64,000 bases of DNA, from NCBI RefSeq assembly GCF_006345805.1, contig NC_042998.1, positions 27,094,001 through 27,158,000 on the forward strand. Direction: 5' to 3'. The stretch is from Octopus sinensis (lineage: Eukaryota). A program made the position numbers and the translations under genes. Every line of letters begins with the position of its first letter. The first letter of the stretch is position 1. The notes beneath the pieces were generated by a model, which was not told the DNA's origin, made no database searches, and worked only from the letters and a program-made list of their open reading frames with translations. Below, piece by piece: positions 51,330 through 64,000 of this stretch.

Positions 51330-51575
51330 TACACCACAAGGCTCAACAGAACCTACTGAAACAAGCCAATATGCTCATAGCATTACCACAAGTGATGGCG
51401 AGGCTAAAGCATTGGAACAGTCAAGCACCCTCGCAGGTATCACCACAGTAAGGCAAACTGCCAACGATGACAAGAACGTCATCATTAGCGGCCCAGCCCT
51501 CCAAATGTCTCAAATGCTACAGGCTGGAAGAAATAGATCACTGAGAAATAGTTCATTTTTGTCACGCGACAAAAT
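51330..51575 (-). mobile_element. CRE-like non-LTR retrotransposon C-terminal remnant
   Basis: Minus strand YFFQPVAFETFGGLG...GDTCEGA*LFQCFSLAITCGNAMSILAC matches the RLE-region end motif F.P.A.ET.G..G...GD.RE..FLFQR.S.AI.RGNA.S.L. Confidence 0.7.
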
Positions 51576-52584
51576 AATTGCACAGAAAAATGAAATTGAA
51601 ATAACAAAAAACTATTGAAGAACTCCTAAATCATTCACTGTATGGATTTTATCAGACTTATCACCATTGAGCCCCTAATTATACAGCTAAATATGTTCCA
51701 CTTGTTCAACTGAGCAGTTCACTGTAGCACAGCACAAAAAATCTCTCAACAGACCCCCTATTGTCTTTGAATTCAAGGCTTACTACCAATAGGTCTGTAG
51801 TAGATATCTCTCTGCTCAGGAAAGAATCAGATAGGAGTGGTTAGGAAAAAGCAAGCAGTGATATGTGACTCATCAACCAAACAATCAAACTATTTGAAAT
51901 CACTAAGAACAAGGTCGAAATCAGTGAGGGAGAAAATGGATTAAAGCAATTAAATAGAGAAAACTCAACAAACCTAAAAATATGCAGTTCAGGTTGGTAA
52001 CTGTCACATATGCTCCCATTCAATACAATAGGAAAATAAACAATGTCATCAATAATTTCAAAAGCTACAAATAGCTTGAATCTGATAATAGTATAACAGT
52101 AGACATGATATAAATTGATATAATTTTAATCACCCCCAAAACTACTGGTAGTATCAGGATATTGTTTTCCTTCCAATACAGAAAATGCCTTGGTGTAAAG
52201 CCTAAAAATGAATGATTATTAATCTTACTCCCATCCCAGTAAATTTTTTATCACTTTCTTGAACAAAATAGATGAAACTAGCAACAACCTAAAATAATAA
52301 TAATAATAAAGATAATTGTAGGAAAAATTACTACCACTCCCTCATGATCAAATTCATTGTTCTAGAGAAGGCAAAAGTTCAATAGTTTACAAAAAAAAAA
52401 AACCTGTCAACAATCAAAAGCATCAAAGCTTTAAATGGGGACAGCTATAGTAAATGTGTTTTTTGTCCTAGCTCCTCAAACACAAGAGAAAAGCACAAAC
52501 TGATCAATGATAAAAATTATTTTACTTCCATTGGATTAATGAAAAATTCAAGAAAAATTCAGTTTTTATTTTCTATGAATGTCA

Positions 52585-52810
52585 TCTGCAATAAAGCTCA
52601 ATTGCTCTCTGACAGGTTTATCGGTTGAGCCTGTGGCCGTTGAGACCTCCGGCATTCTTGGTCACTGGACCATATCCCTGCTCACTGCTATCAGGGCAGA
52701 GACTGCTGTCCACATGTAGCAAGCTCTGCAAGTCAGAGTGACTGTTCCAGCACATCTCCCTCGCTATCATTTGGAACAACAGCTTTTACATTCTGTCTGC
52801 TGATGCCTCA
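52585..52810 (+). mobile_element. Second CRE-like C-terminal remnant
   Basis: EPVAVETSGILG...(frameshift) LFQHISLAIIWNNSFYILSA: same motif pair. Confidence 0.65.
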
Positions 52811-53550
52811 AGAAATGTTTTTATATTGTGAGAAGTTATACATTTATTGGTTTACTGAATTTTTTTCCTGTATTCTTTCATACACAATTTTATAACAGTG
52901 AAACCTGACAATTACACTAGCTAATTAAACCACTATGAGGTACAATGGAAGTGAATTTATGTTGTTGGACTCCTAAGATACTAGCTACTATAACACTGTT
53001 TTGTATAACTAATAACAATTTTTAAAAAGTAAAAAATACTTCACCTTTGCAGGAATATAATCAAACCATAAAAAAACATACTTTCAGTATGAGAAAATGA
53101 AAAGGGAAGTTACATATGAATAGCAAGAATCCAAACAATAACTTATTTATTTGTTCTCCATATGATCTGACAGATTCAAACATTCACCTCTGATTATTGT
53201 TGACTTTCACCATGAGAAAACATTTCCCTTTCAACATGTATTCATAACATATGTACAATGTTTCGACTTTATTGTGACTCCTCAGTGAAAGTTCAGCATG
53301 TATCTGCAAGTAATTTGTTTGTGTATTACTATAAACAAAAGCCGACACTCAGGGCTATAAAACTAGTTTTTAAACATGGAATGGCTAAGGGGATCTCAAG
53401 AATAAAATAACGAAGAAAGGGGTATGTAGGTTAAAAAGAAAAATGGTTGAGAACTACTGGTTTAAAGGAAGATGTTTTCTAATGACAAAAAAAAAATATC
53501 AGTAATCCAATATTCACATTTGAATCTGCTGGAGCACATTGAGAATGAAT

Positions 53551-54007
53551 TTTATTGGTTTCAAATTTTGGTACAAGGCCAGCAATTTCGAGGCGGGAGA
53601 TAAGTCGATTACATTGATTCTATTACTCAACTGGAGCTTATTTCATTGATCCTGAAAGAATGAAAGCCAAAGTCAACCCTAGTGGAATTAAGCACGTAAA
53701 AAGCACCAACTGATCGTGGCCGCTGCCAGCCTCCCCTGGCACCTATACCGGTGGCATATAAAAAGCACCCACTACACTCACGGAGTGGTTGGCGTTAGGA
53801 AGGGAATCCAGCTGTAGAAACACTGCCAGATCAGACTGGAGCCTGGTGCAGCCTCCTGGCTTCCCAGACCCCGGTCGAACCATCCAACCCGTGCTAGCAT
53901 GGAAAACAGACGTTAAACAATGATGATGATGATGAACACAAAGACAGATGAAATGCCACTATGCATTTTGCCGAGCGCAGTAATGATACTGCCAGCTTGT
54001 CGCCTTA
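53551..54007 (-). mobile_element. SINE-B hosting a D element
   Basis: Perfect 13-bp TSD attgagaatgaat (53538-53550, 54008-54020). Confidence 0.85.
53691..53935 (+). mobile_element. D-family 3' end nested in SINE-B
   Basis: D consensus with (GAT)n tail. Confidence 0.9.
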
Positions 54008-55029
54008 ATTGAGAATGAATATATTAAAGTTACTACTAGAGCCTCAAACAGCTCTCCGGCTTACCAGTTTCAGACTAACTACCTAACCCATGGAGAACAG
54101 ACGCTTGATGATGATGAAGAGGATGACATACCTTTTTCCAGAATTATTTCAGAAAAATACAAGGCATAAAATATGGAGATCAACTCAACAGCAACTAATA
54201 TACGGTAACCATATGAAATAATATCTATATTTAGCTATACCATGCACTGAATCTTCATGTAACTGGATGAAGTCTCAAAATAAATTGATATCAAACAGCA
54301 GAAAGAGATTTCTACTTGATTAAACAGATAATGAATTGATATGAAGAGACAGAGAACTGCAATAGCATGTAACTACCTCATGCATAGCAAAGTGCAAGAA
54401 GAGCTGATCAATTATGATAATTTTTAAGATATAGTTTAATTTTAAGCCTGAATACATATCAGAACATGTGTGCAGAAGGACGTGTGCACATGTGTGCTTC
54501 TATATCAACTCCTGTATTTAGATGCAACTAGATAAGTACTATAGGCTATTTGAGATTTTACCTATACATGCATATATTTATGTCTAATTACACAAGACAG
54601 CTGTAGGTAGCAATGTTGCAAATATCTAGTTAAAATGCTAATAGCTTACAATCTGTCGCAAGTGCTACCCTGCCTTCATGACTAAGATACTTAATCCTCA
54701 ACAATCTAATCCACCCAGCTGTAAATATATTATTCACCATGGTAAAGTTTACAGCTGTAAGGGAACAGAATACTGCAAAATTAAAGATTGTTTTCTTAGC
54801 TTACAATGTAGTTTTTATTCATCTCAGAGCTATTGAGAATCACCCGGCTAACTCATATGAAAATGAGATAACACCTTCAGTTATGCCCCTATGAGCAATG
54901 TTGGATTAACCATGAAACAAAATAAGCATGAGCTTGGGGTATCAAGGGAAGTGGAGCACCACAAAAATGGTAAATGGTTTATAGCAGAAAAGAAATCATT
55001 TTAAACTTGCTAAAATAATATTCAAAGTG

Positions 55030-55392
55030 GCAGAACACCTTTCGAGCATTGGGGATCATGGAGGCAAAGTGGCTGAGTTCCTTTGGAGTGTTGGGCCTCA
55101 TAGAGGAATGACTGATACCTTTGGCATTGAGTCGTGCTTAAGAAGAAGACCCATCAAACCAAGCAAAATTGCAGTCATAGCAGATACCGGTGTCACGCAA
55201 ATGGCACGTGTGCCAGTGGCATGTAAAAGCACCCATTGCACTTTTGGTGTAATTGGTGTTAGGAAGGGTATCCAGCCATAGAAATCATCCCAAATTAGAT
55301 TGGAGTCTGCTGCAGCCTTCCAGCTTGCCAGCCCAGTCAAACTGTCAAACTCATGCCAGCATGGACAACAGACATTAAATGATGATGATGCT
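55030..55392 (+). mobile_element. Longer old D-related copy, possibly including the end of an RTE-type ORF2
   Basis: D-type 3' end. Upstream frames stitch, with two frameshifts, to LGLIEE/MTD/xLWHxVVLKKKTHQTK, reminiscent of the RTE terminal DR..WR..V motif; the RTE assignment is tentative. Confidence 0.6.
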
Positions 55393-56498
55393 TATATGAT
55401 TGAAAATATAATTTCAAAGTGTTCATGGTGTCATAGTGAGAATCTGATCAAAGACTTTGCAATTAAAAAATAAAATGTAGGAAAAAATTTTACAAATACA
55501 AATATAAATTAAGTGGAAAAATACAAAAATAAACATTTTCCATTTTACTGTTAGTTTTGTTTCATTTTGAACATCAAAATTTATTTTATGGTTTATAATT
55601 GTTTATATTTTGAATTACATATATATGAGGACAGCAAAATCTTCTAAGTACTTAGGACCTCTTAGAGTCTTAATCCAGCTTACCTATGAGCTAATTCATT
55701 ATGAGACTCGCTAGTATTCAAGTGCAATCATACACGCATGCACACCACAAACACAGAATTACTAACAACCAATACTTAATGTAATTTATTTTTATCATCA
55801 CTGTTACTATTATTGTTTTTCTAGTATGTATTGGAATGGTCTGCAATGGATTACTCCAAACAATTCCATCTGGTATAAGTCAATCTATAAGGTTCATCAT
55901 TCTTCAGTCAGAACTATTTCAACTTTTTTTTTCTTTTTTGGTTTTTCTGTAATGTAAACACCTCTTAACCCTCCTACATCATATATCTAACTTAATATCT
56001 CCACACCAACAGTTATCTCTTCAACATAGAGTAATCAATGCTTTCAGTGCTCAGTCACTTTTCAGCTTAAATGTTCTCAGCTCATCTTACATATTTAGAA
56101 CTGAATATATATGGTTTCTTCAAATTTAATTGGTCTTGAAGATAAAGTCTCAATAACAAACAGATGAGAGCAATTAAGATACAAAAATTGTGATTTTCAA
56201 GCCAAGTCTAGCTTACATGTTTTGTTATGTATGAAAATGAACGTGTTAGTTGTTTTAAGTGGACACTGTATAGCTGAAGCATCTAAAAAATTATAGACTA
56301 TATAAGAAAACTTTTGAAGCAGCATGAAAATGGTTGAAAAAAAATCCAAAATATTAATAACTTTCATGAGAGAATGAATGCCAAATTCAATAGACAGCAT
56401 AAAAGACTCAAGGTCAAAATCTAAGAATTAGTTCAAAGAATTTTAAAAATAAAATTGGTAATCAAAAGATAATTATTTTCATAATTTTCTATATGAAG

Positions 56499-56544
<46 letters not shown>

Positions 56545-57343
56545 AAACATGTGCAGACAAGGAAGTGAAATACTAAATCTTATAAACACAAGAATAGACT
56601 CACAAATACATTCACATACATAATTGTGTTAGTCTAAACATATATCTACATACAAATACTATAAAATTATTAGTATTAATACTTATCGTTCAAACTATAA
56701 TGTTTGTATTTAACTTCTGGCTTGGTGTCATTAGTACTTATCATAACACTATCAGTAATACTGATGCTGTATCTGTTTTGTAGATACTTCTTTCTTCTTC
56801 CTTCTAGAGTTTTTTTATTTCATTTTCCTTTTCCAGTATTTTGTAATCAGATTAATAATAAATGCATTTGGGAGAATTAAAGTTTTCCAAATAAATCAAC
56901 GGCTGCCAGCAAATATTTATCTTCCAAAGAAATTACAAATGACTATATTTTTGTGTTTTTATTTATCTTCAAAATCAGAATTTTTGTCCTATAGTAGACA
57001 ATATTCTGTCTATGTAGAAATATTAAAGAAATAATGGAAACAAACATTTTCACATTATTATCATTTTTATGCCCACTTTTTCTATGAAGACATAACCTGA
57101 ACAAATATTACTAAGGTAGTATTTTATGGTCAGATACCTTTCATGTGTTGCCAAACCTTCTTTTTCAAGTTTGAAATTATTCTTATTCTACTGGGCTTCA
57201 CATGTCAAAACTGAAGAAGCCATCAGCTTGTGGAGCATTATATACAAAGAACATAAACATCACCATTGCTCAAACAATTTCAATGTAAAAACACATGAAA
57301 AGCAACCATTCACACAAAAAAACAGGCTTCTGTATAGCTTCTC

Positions 57344-57516
57344 ATTTCTTTATTGCCCACAAGGGGCTAAACATAGAGGGGACAAACAAGGATAGACAAA
57401 GGGATTAAGTTGATTACATCGACCCCCCCCCCCAGTGCGTAACCGGTACTTAATTTATCGACCTGAAAGGATGAAAGGCAAAGTCGACCTCAGTGGAATT
57501 TGGGTCGACCTCAGTG
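57344..57516 (-). mobile_element. SINE-A, 5'-truncated
   Basis: A tail and centre; C-run expanded to 11; 13-bp duplication gtcgacctcagtg at the truncation point. Confidence 0.88.
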
Positions 57517-58819
57517 ATAGATTCTGTCAACCAAATTTCGCTCTCAAGGTACTGATCAGACCAAGGCAGTTATCCAAGGTGTCACACAGTGTAACTACAT
57601 AATTTCAAAACAAACTTCATAACCACATGCCCATGCTGACACCTATATTTATTGTGAGTGGTACATAAGACATTTCATTTAGTATATACTGGAATTTAGC
57701 TCATGTCTGACGTAAAATAAATCCATCATTTATTTTGACACCATCTCTCCTTTATGCTTAGTTATAAATTAGCCATTTGAATTGATCAGAACTGTCTCAA
57801 TTCACTGCAACTTGTTTTCATGATGTCCTTCAATGAAAACAAACAGTAATCATATTCCAAGACAATCAAATGATTTGGGTTTTTTTTTTATGCTCAATAT
57901 CACAGGTTGCTTCCTTTAATCTTCATGGGGATTATATTTTCTTATGAAACTTTTCAGCATCACCTACTTCTGGTATATGTAATATAACTTAAAATACACG
58001 ATCGTTTTATCAACAGAAATTCTCTAGAACATGCTTCCACACATAGTGTCATTCAAGGTCACATACTCCATCTGTTTTATATGAGCCTTCTGTTTACAAA
58101 TTTGGATCCTAGGAACCTGATGGTAGAAAATGATTTTTTGCTTAAGTTACAAACTCTGTAAGAAGGCTAGAGTAGCCCAGTATTATTGCAAAACTTAATG
58201 ATAGTTAAAAGAAAATTATAGCAAAACTGTTATTATATTCACAAGTTCAAAGTGGGGGAGATGTGAAAATTATACTAAAAGATAATGGAAGGCAATATGT
58301 ATCTTCTTCCTGTCATGCAATTAATAGCTCTAAGATATCTATTTTCCCATTTTTAACAAGGTTTAGTCAAAAAGGAATGGTTCAATTATCATTTATTTAT
58401 CCATTATTCTAGCTGAACAGCATTAGATTGACAAACAGAATTTCCTTTCAAAACCTAGGTTCATAGAACATACAATGAACATTGTTCATGTACTCCACAG
58501 CTTATCTGCTCTTATAGCAAATAATAACAGTAGTGTATTTTGATGATTACTAATTTACATCTATACCCATCTCATCTTTCCTTCAGATTACAGGAGAGGA
58601 ATCAATGACCACACCTTTAAGAACAATTTGTTTACAGGTTTTCAAATATATTTATATCAACATGCTGAGTTCACTTAACCCCACAGTATTGCATGTGGTC
58701 TGTGTCACAGGGATAGTCTTTTCCTTTCGGTTTATATAGATAAAGTGACCGTGTCTAGTCATCAATGATTTGAATATTCTGATCAAGATATCATCTTCTT
58801 CAGATATCTACATGATTTT

Positions 58820-59178
58820 GTTGTCATCTTGACTGCAGCCATGCTGGAGCACCACCTCCAGTCGAACAAATCGACCCCAGGACTTATTCTTTGTAAGCCT
58901 AATACTTATTCTAACAGTCTCTTTTCTTGAACTACCAAGTTACAGGGACGTAAATACACCAACATCGGTTGTCAAGCTATGGTGGGGGGACAAACAAAGA
59001 CACACACACACACGACAGACTTCTTTCAGTTTCTGTCTACTAAATCCACTCACAAGGCTTTGGTCAGCCCAAGGATATAGTAGAAGACACTTGCCCAAGG
59101 TGCCACGCAGTGGAACTGAACCCAGAACCATATAGTTGGTAAGCAAGGTACTTACCACACAGACACTCCTGCACCTGT
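58820..59178 (-). mobile_element. SINE-C
   Basis: Colinear with other C copies. Confidence 0.9.
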
Positions 59179-60466
59179 ATTGGCAAAGTGCTAATATGAA
59201 TCATTTCTTTGTAAACATCCCTTGGTCATTCCTTGCCCTCATATGAACCTCTGAAAATAACTTCACACGATTGACACCAGATGTGTTTAATGCCTTCACT
59301 TACCAATTACTATCTTTGGCTTGTCAGTGCATTTTCATTATACTGTCAGATTTATTCCTTTGAATACAACACCCACCAGATAATATCGTTGCATATATTA
59401 TCTGCCTTTATCAACCACACAGTATCTTAAACTAGGTGCCAATGCTCAAATACATTGTCAATTTTGATTTTCAATTTTTTACTTTAATCTTTCCAGTAGT
59501 TGTATAACTAAAGTAAAGGCTGATTTACTATTTTATCATATTCATGATTACATGATCTACATAACAAAATGTAGCTGCACAAATTCCTCAATTCAGATGT
59601 AAATCTTTTCCATGGTTGTATAGCAATTTCCAATTCAGAGGCCAAATTAAATTGTGTTAGCTGGTAATAATTGTGGAACATGATTGTCTCGTACATATAT
59701 TTGCAGCTTTGACTTGTAGTAGTAGTAGCAAGTAAGTACATTTCAAATCAAGGAAATTTAAAACCAATAAAACTGATTCATAGGTTCTCATATTTATTAT
59801 TCTCAGGCCAACACTCTTATCAGACATTTTAAACAGCTTCCAGAGAATTAAGTTTATCTTTGTATAAATGTAATTTCTAATCTTCCTCATAACTTTTAAA
59901 AACAATTACAAAAGAAACAAAAAAATTCAAATGTCAATTGTTTCTTTTATTTAAAGTAAATTACGAAAATATTTGTTTTGATATCTAAGATATATAAACA
60001 TGCTTCACAAAGATATTTAACAGCTGAATATTATTTTTGATGCTAGTTGGCATGACTCATATTCGCTTGGTTAACTGAAGCAAAAAATGTTATGCACACA
60101 AGGTTGCTGTAAAGACATGCATAAATTCTTAGGTAGTGTTTTAATTTAATTTGAATGAAATTGAATAAGATACAATACCTGATGGAACTACATCCTCGGA
60201 AAGCAAATGAAAGTTTATAAGAAATTACCAAATTTTACAAGAAAAAAACAACAAACTTACTTTCTACTGAAGTGAAATCATCCACAAAATATTAATCACT
60301 GATTAAAATTCAATTAGAAATGAATTTGATCAAACATGTGGCTTATTTAATCAAGAGGCATTATTGTAAACATGACACAATTGCACCATATAATTCAATG
60401 TGTTTATATGAAATGTTCAGGAAAATGTTCATACAATGATTTGTCCTAATAATATAAAGAATACAA

Positions 60467-60687
60467 TATATATGTTTCTTTATTGCCCACAAAGGGTTAA
60501 ACATAGAGGGGACAAACAAGGACAAAGAGATTAAGTCAATTACATCGACCCCAGTGCATAACTGGTACTTAATTTATCGACCCCCGAAAGGATGAAAGGC
60601 AAAGTTGACCTCGACAGAATTTGAACTCAGAACGTAACAGCTACGCATTTTGCCAGGCATGCTAACATTTCTGCCAGCTCGCCGCCT
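60467..60687 (-). mobile_element. SINE-A with small internal deletions
   Basis: Perfect 17-bp TSD taatataaagaatacaa (60450-60466, 60688-60704). Confidence 0.92.
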
Positions 60688-62240
60688 TAATATAAAGAAT
60701 ACAACATATACAGAAATGGAATCAGAGAAACTTGTATCATGTTCTCACATATCCTTATTCTAGCCACTTACTCCTAACATCAACAAGATGTCAATAGAAC
60801 ATATTTATCTCAACAGAATAGTTTACAACCAATTCTAAAAAGTACTCTAGATAAGAACAAAATTATATTTTGTTTCCTTCAAATTTATAGTGAAGTTTTT
60901 TACATTTTGGTTAAATTCTAAAGTTAGATCTGCTTAAGCAAAGTACTTTCCCAACAGAATGATACAAATATTTCAAGTATCAGTTTACATGCAATTTATA
61001 TACTACTTTGGTAATTTATAACTTTCAAATAAGTTTTGTAAGCAAAGAAGCATTTTGTCTGTATTTACAAAAATATTAAATGTTAATGCAGAGAAATTTA
61101 CAGTTGCTCATTGAATTTTAATTAAGTTATTTACAAAAATGTTATACAGTAATTGATTACTTTCAAGAATGATAAACATTTATTTTAAGAATATAATGCA
61201 GCAAATATTAAAAAAAAAACATAAAATAAGATTTTCACAAGCTTTGAACTAATTCTGAACATTAAAAATGAACATACTTTCAAACAGAATATATTTTTAA
61301 AAATATAACAATTTAAATGTATCAGCTTTCCAGTTGAGAAAATATTCCCAAGAAATAGACTTATCTGTTTGTCTTTTTGCTCAAAATTAATTACATGTAA
61401 TCCTAAAATAATGAAAAACATTCAAATGACACTGTTGTTTTTAAGAAGATAGATTTGTTCAAGCAGAACTGAGTATGATGTAGAGTTAGAACAAGTAGGG
61501 GTAACTTAAGCATACAAAATGTGTAGATATGAGACACTTGGAGAAACAGTTTGAGTTACACTTCATTTAATCAGCATTCTCACTATGTTTAACATGCTCC
61601 TGCTATAGACACAACATCCTTAGATTTGGAAGTTTATGTGAATTTCAATTTCAAAAGCCAGTATGGAGTTTGATGAGAGATTTTGCTTGCAACTCCGAGC
61701 AGGTCAAACAACTACATAAAACCTTTCTTGCTGGCTTGTGACACTAATTATTTCACTAGCTGACAGAGTATTTAGTTACAACTTACGGGTCCAACAGAGT
61801 GTTAATCAAATATGAAATAAATAGAAAAGGTCAAGAGCATCAAAATTTAATTTATTTGCCATCAACTAAATCTTGTAAAAGAATAAAAATAATTTGGAAG
61901 ATTACTAAGATGTAAATATACTTGAAATTTCTGAATGATTTCATTGAAACAAGGTTGCAGTAGTAAGTAATATGGTTGTGACTAACCAAGATAATGATAT
62001 TGTGTCTTTGTGACACAGAAACATCAATTTTAGATTCAAATATTATCAGTAGAAATTTGAATGCACTTATTTAACAAACTTACTTAATATTAGTTTCTTG
62101 GTACAAGGATTTTTTATTTATAAAGAATATAAAACTGATGATGCATATACCCTACAGCAAAAGCAGCCAGATCTCGCTCAAATTACATTAACAGTTTAAA
62201 ATATAAAAGAACAATTTGACCTGTGCATATCCCAAATAAA

Positions 62241-62300
62241 AGATAGAATTATTGTGGCTTGAATAATATCGATATTATTCAAGCCACAATAATTCTATCT
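62241..62300. repeat. Perfect 60-bp palindrome, no spacer
   Basis: agatagaattattgtggcttgaataatatc|gatattattcaagccacaataattctatct. Confidence 0.95.
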
Positions 62301-62462
62301 ATGTATAATTCTATACATAAAGGTCTGCTTCATAAAGCTGACCTTTATGTATTTTTTTTTTACTGATTGGTCATGTAGGGAAGAGCAGTGCCCATGACTT
62401 TTTGCTGGATTTCCAAACAGAGGCACTTGTTTTCAAACCAGAAACCTGGACCAAATACTTAC

Positions 62463-62547
62463 AGAATGAACTCTGTTGAAAGCACAAACAGACCAAATAG
62501 TGGTGGTAAACTAGGTGATGAATTGATGTCTACCACATATAAGAACT
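62463..62547 (-). other. Candidate exon (85 nt) of an unidentified minus-strand transcript
   Basis: gtttctgtgttcag| ... |gtaagta; one open frame (FLYVVDINSSPSLPPLFGLFVLSTEFI); no homology recognised. Confidence 0.3.
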
Positions 62548-64000
62548 CTGAACACAGAAACCAGTAATTACACCTTATCAGATCAAAGGAATAAAGACAA
62601 AATTTGGCTTTTAAACTTAGAATCTCGATACAAAAGCAATAACTAAAATACACTTAGCCAAAGCATAGATGTTTATATTGGCCTGATATTATTTAAAAAT
62701 TAAGTAACAATATATATATGTTCTCACAAAATATATAAGATTAGATAGCTCTTTGAGTCATTAATAGATGTTTTTATTAAAAAAAACATTCACAAGTAAA
62801 TATTTGCATTCCATTTTTGTCCTTGATTACCTGTTATTAATCAACAAGTATATTTTGAAACAGATTGTTAAGCACAAAGATATGCAAATAATGTTTTAAT
62901 GAATATGGGTCAGATAAATTTGATGATACTTAATTTCAAATAAAAAAAAATGTTTAAATGATATGAAATGTTATATTAGTTTCAGCATTTGCTCGTCTTG
63001 AGATGTAAAAGAATCCTTTTTCTTTTATCAGATATCTTACAAAACTTCCATGATTTATACTTTTCCAATTTTCAAGCACTATATGTGCTAGCAGTATATT
63101 TCTACTCGTTAAAAAAAAAATTTTTCTTATCAATTACATTTATACACTTTCACTAAAGCCTTATTAAAATCTTGAAGTGTAGTTTATCTTCATGGTTGAA
63201 ACAGAATCAATTTTTCATCACTTCCAATCATTGTACATGATATTTAATATTTCGGAAGAAGATTTAATTCTTATTTTTCTTCTTACATTATTTTTAAAAG
63301 CTTATGCGTCTTTAAAACCATTATTCACTTACAATTCTCAAGTTTTACAATTCATCTAATTTTTTAAACTTTTCCAAGCTGTTAAAGCAATGATAAATAG
63401 TAGGACAGGCTGAAACTGTTTTCTTTAGACAACTTTCAATAGACAAATATACAGTACTCATCAAGCGTGGTTATCAAGCATTATCAAAGTTGTCATAACC
63501 ATACAGGATCCATTAAGTTTATAACAGAATTATTCTTATACAGATTCCACAATAAATGAGTCATGTTTATTTTGACTCTGAATACGCATATTTTGTAAAT
63601 TCAAGAAAATTGTTTTGCTGACATCCAAATGATAATTTTTGTAAGTCATAATTTATTTGCCTCAGTAGTTACACTGTTATTTATTAGATTATATACATAG
63701 CCAGACACAGATAAATCTCAAAAAAAAAAAAGAAAAAAAAGAAAAGAAAAACGCTTAAATGATTCATCATGATTCTTGAATCATTAACTATAACCATTCC
63801 TAAGTGTATACTACCAGTTTCTACTTCACTTTTCCTACAAAGAAAATAAGTGCCAATCCTGTCTCATAAAAGAAGCCATAGAATGTGATTTTTGTTCATT
63901 TGTTTTTTGTTTTTTTGTGTGTTTTTTTTAAAGGAAAAATAAAAGTTCAGCAACATAATTTCTATTTCAAGGACAATTTGATAAAAATTGCCTAAAACAG

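Noticed and set aside
51217-51618. About 133-codon stop-free plus-strand frame
   Set aside because: Begins in a low-complexity purine tract and is antisense to the CRE-like remnant; no early ATG and no recognisable domain.

Overview
Strongly AT-rich animal genomic DNA with no recognisable intact protein-coding gene. The repeat families resemble those I recall from Octopus (coleoid cephalopod) genomes, but I cannot verify the species here. The window is largely a layered set of transposon insertions. Family labels are my own. SINE-A: tRNA-like head GGCGGCGAGCTGGCAGAA...GAGTTCAAATTCCGCC, central CCTTTCATCCTTTCGGGGTCGATAAA domain, tail ...GCCCCTTGTGGGYARTAAAGAAA; about 14 copies, many with clear TSDs. 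SINE-B: same head and centre, different tail ending in (ATT)n; forms tandem arrays. SINE-C: tRNA head, CORE-like CCTTGGGCAAGT, internal (TA)/(TG) microsatellite, CAGCATGGCC...CTGAAAC tail. SINE-F/G: other CORE-like families. D: 5'-truncated (GAT)n-tailed retroposon ends, probably RTE-type. Also present: one 5S-rRNA-derived SINE-like element, remnants of CR1, R4/Dong and two CRE-type LINEs, a mariner end, hAT and piggyBac-type MITEs, a non-autonomous Helitron, microsatellites and a perfect 60-bp palindrome. Most interesting: the 5S-headed element sharing a hairpin tail with SINE-C, apparent 3'-microhomology-guided targeting (SINE-A into GGTAT, SINE-B into ATTATT) that builds dimers and arrays, and an internally deleted R4/Dong copy. 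A weak set of minus-strand exon candidates may indicate a host transcript. Coordinates were counted by hand and ends of degenerate elements are approximate.
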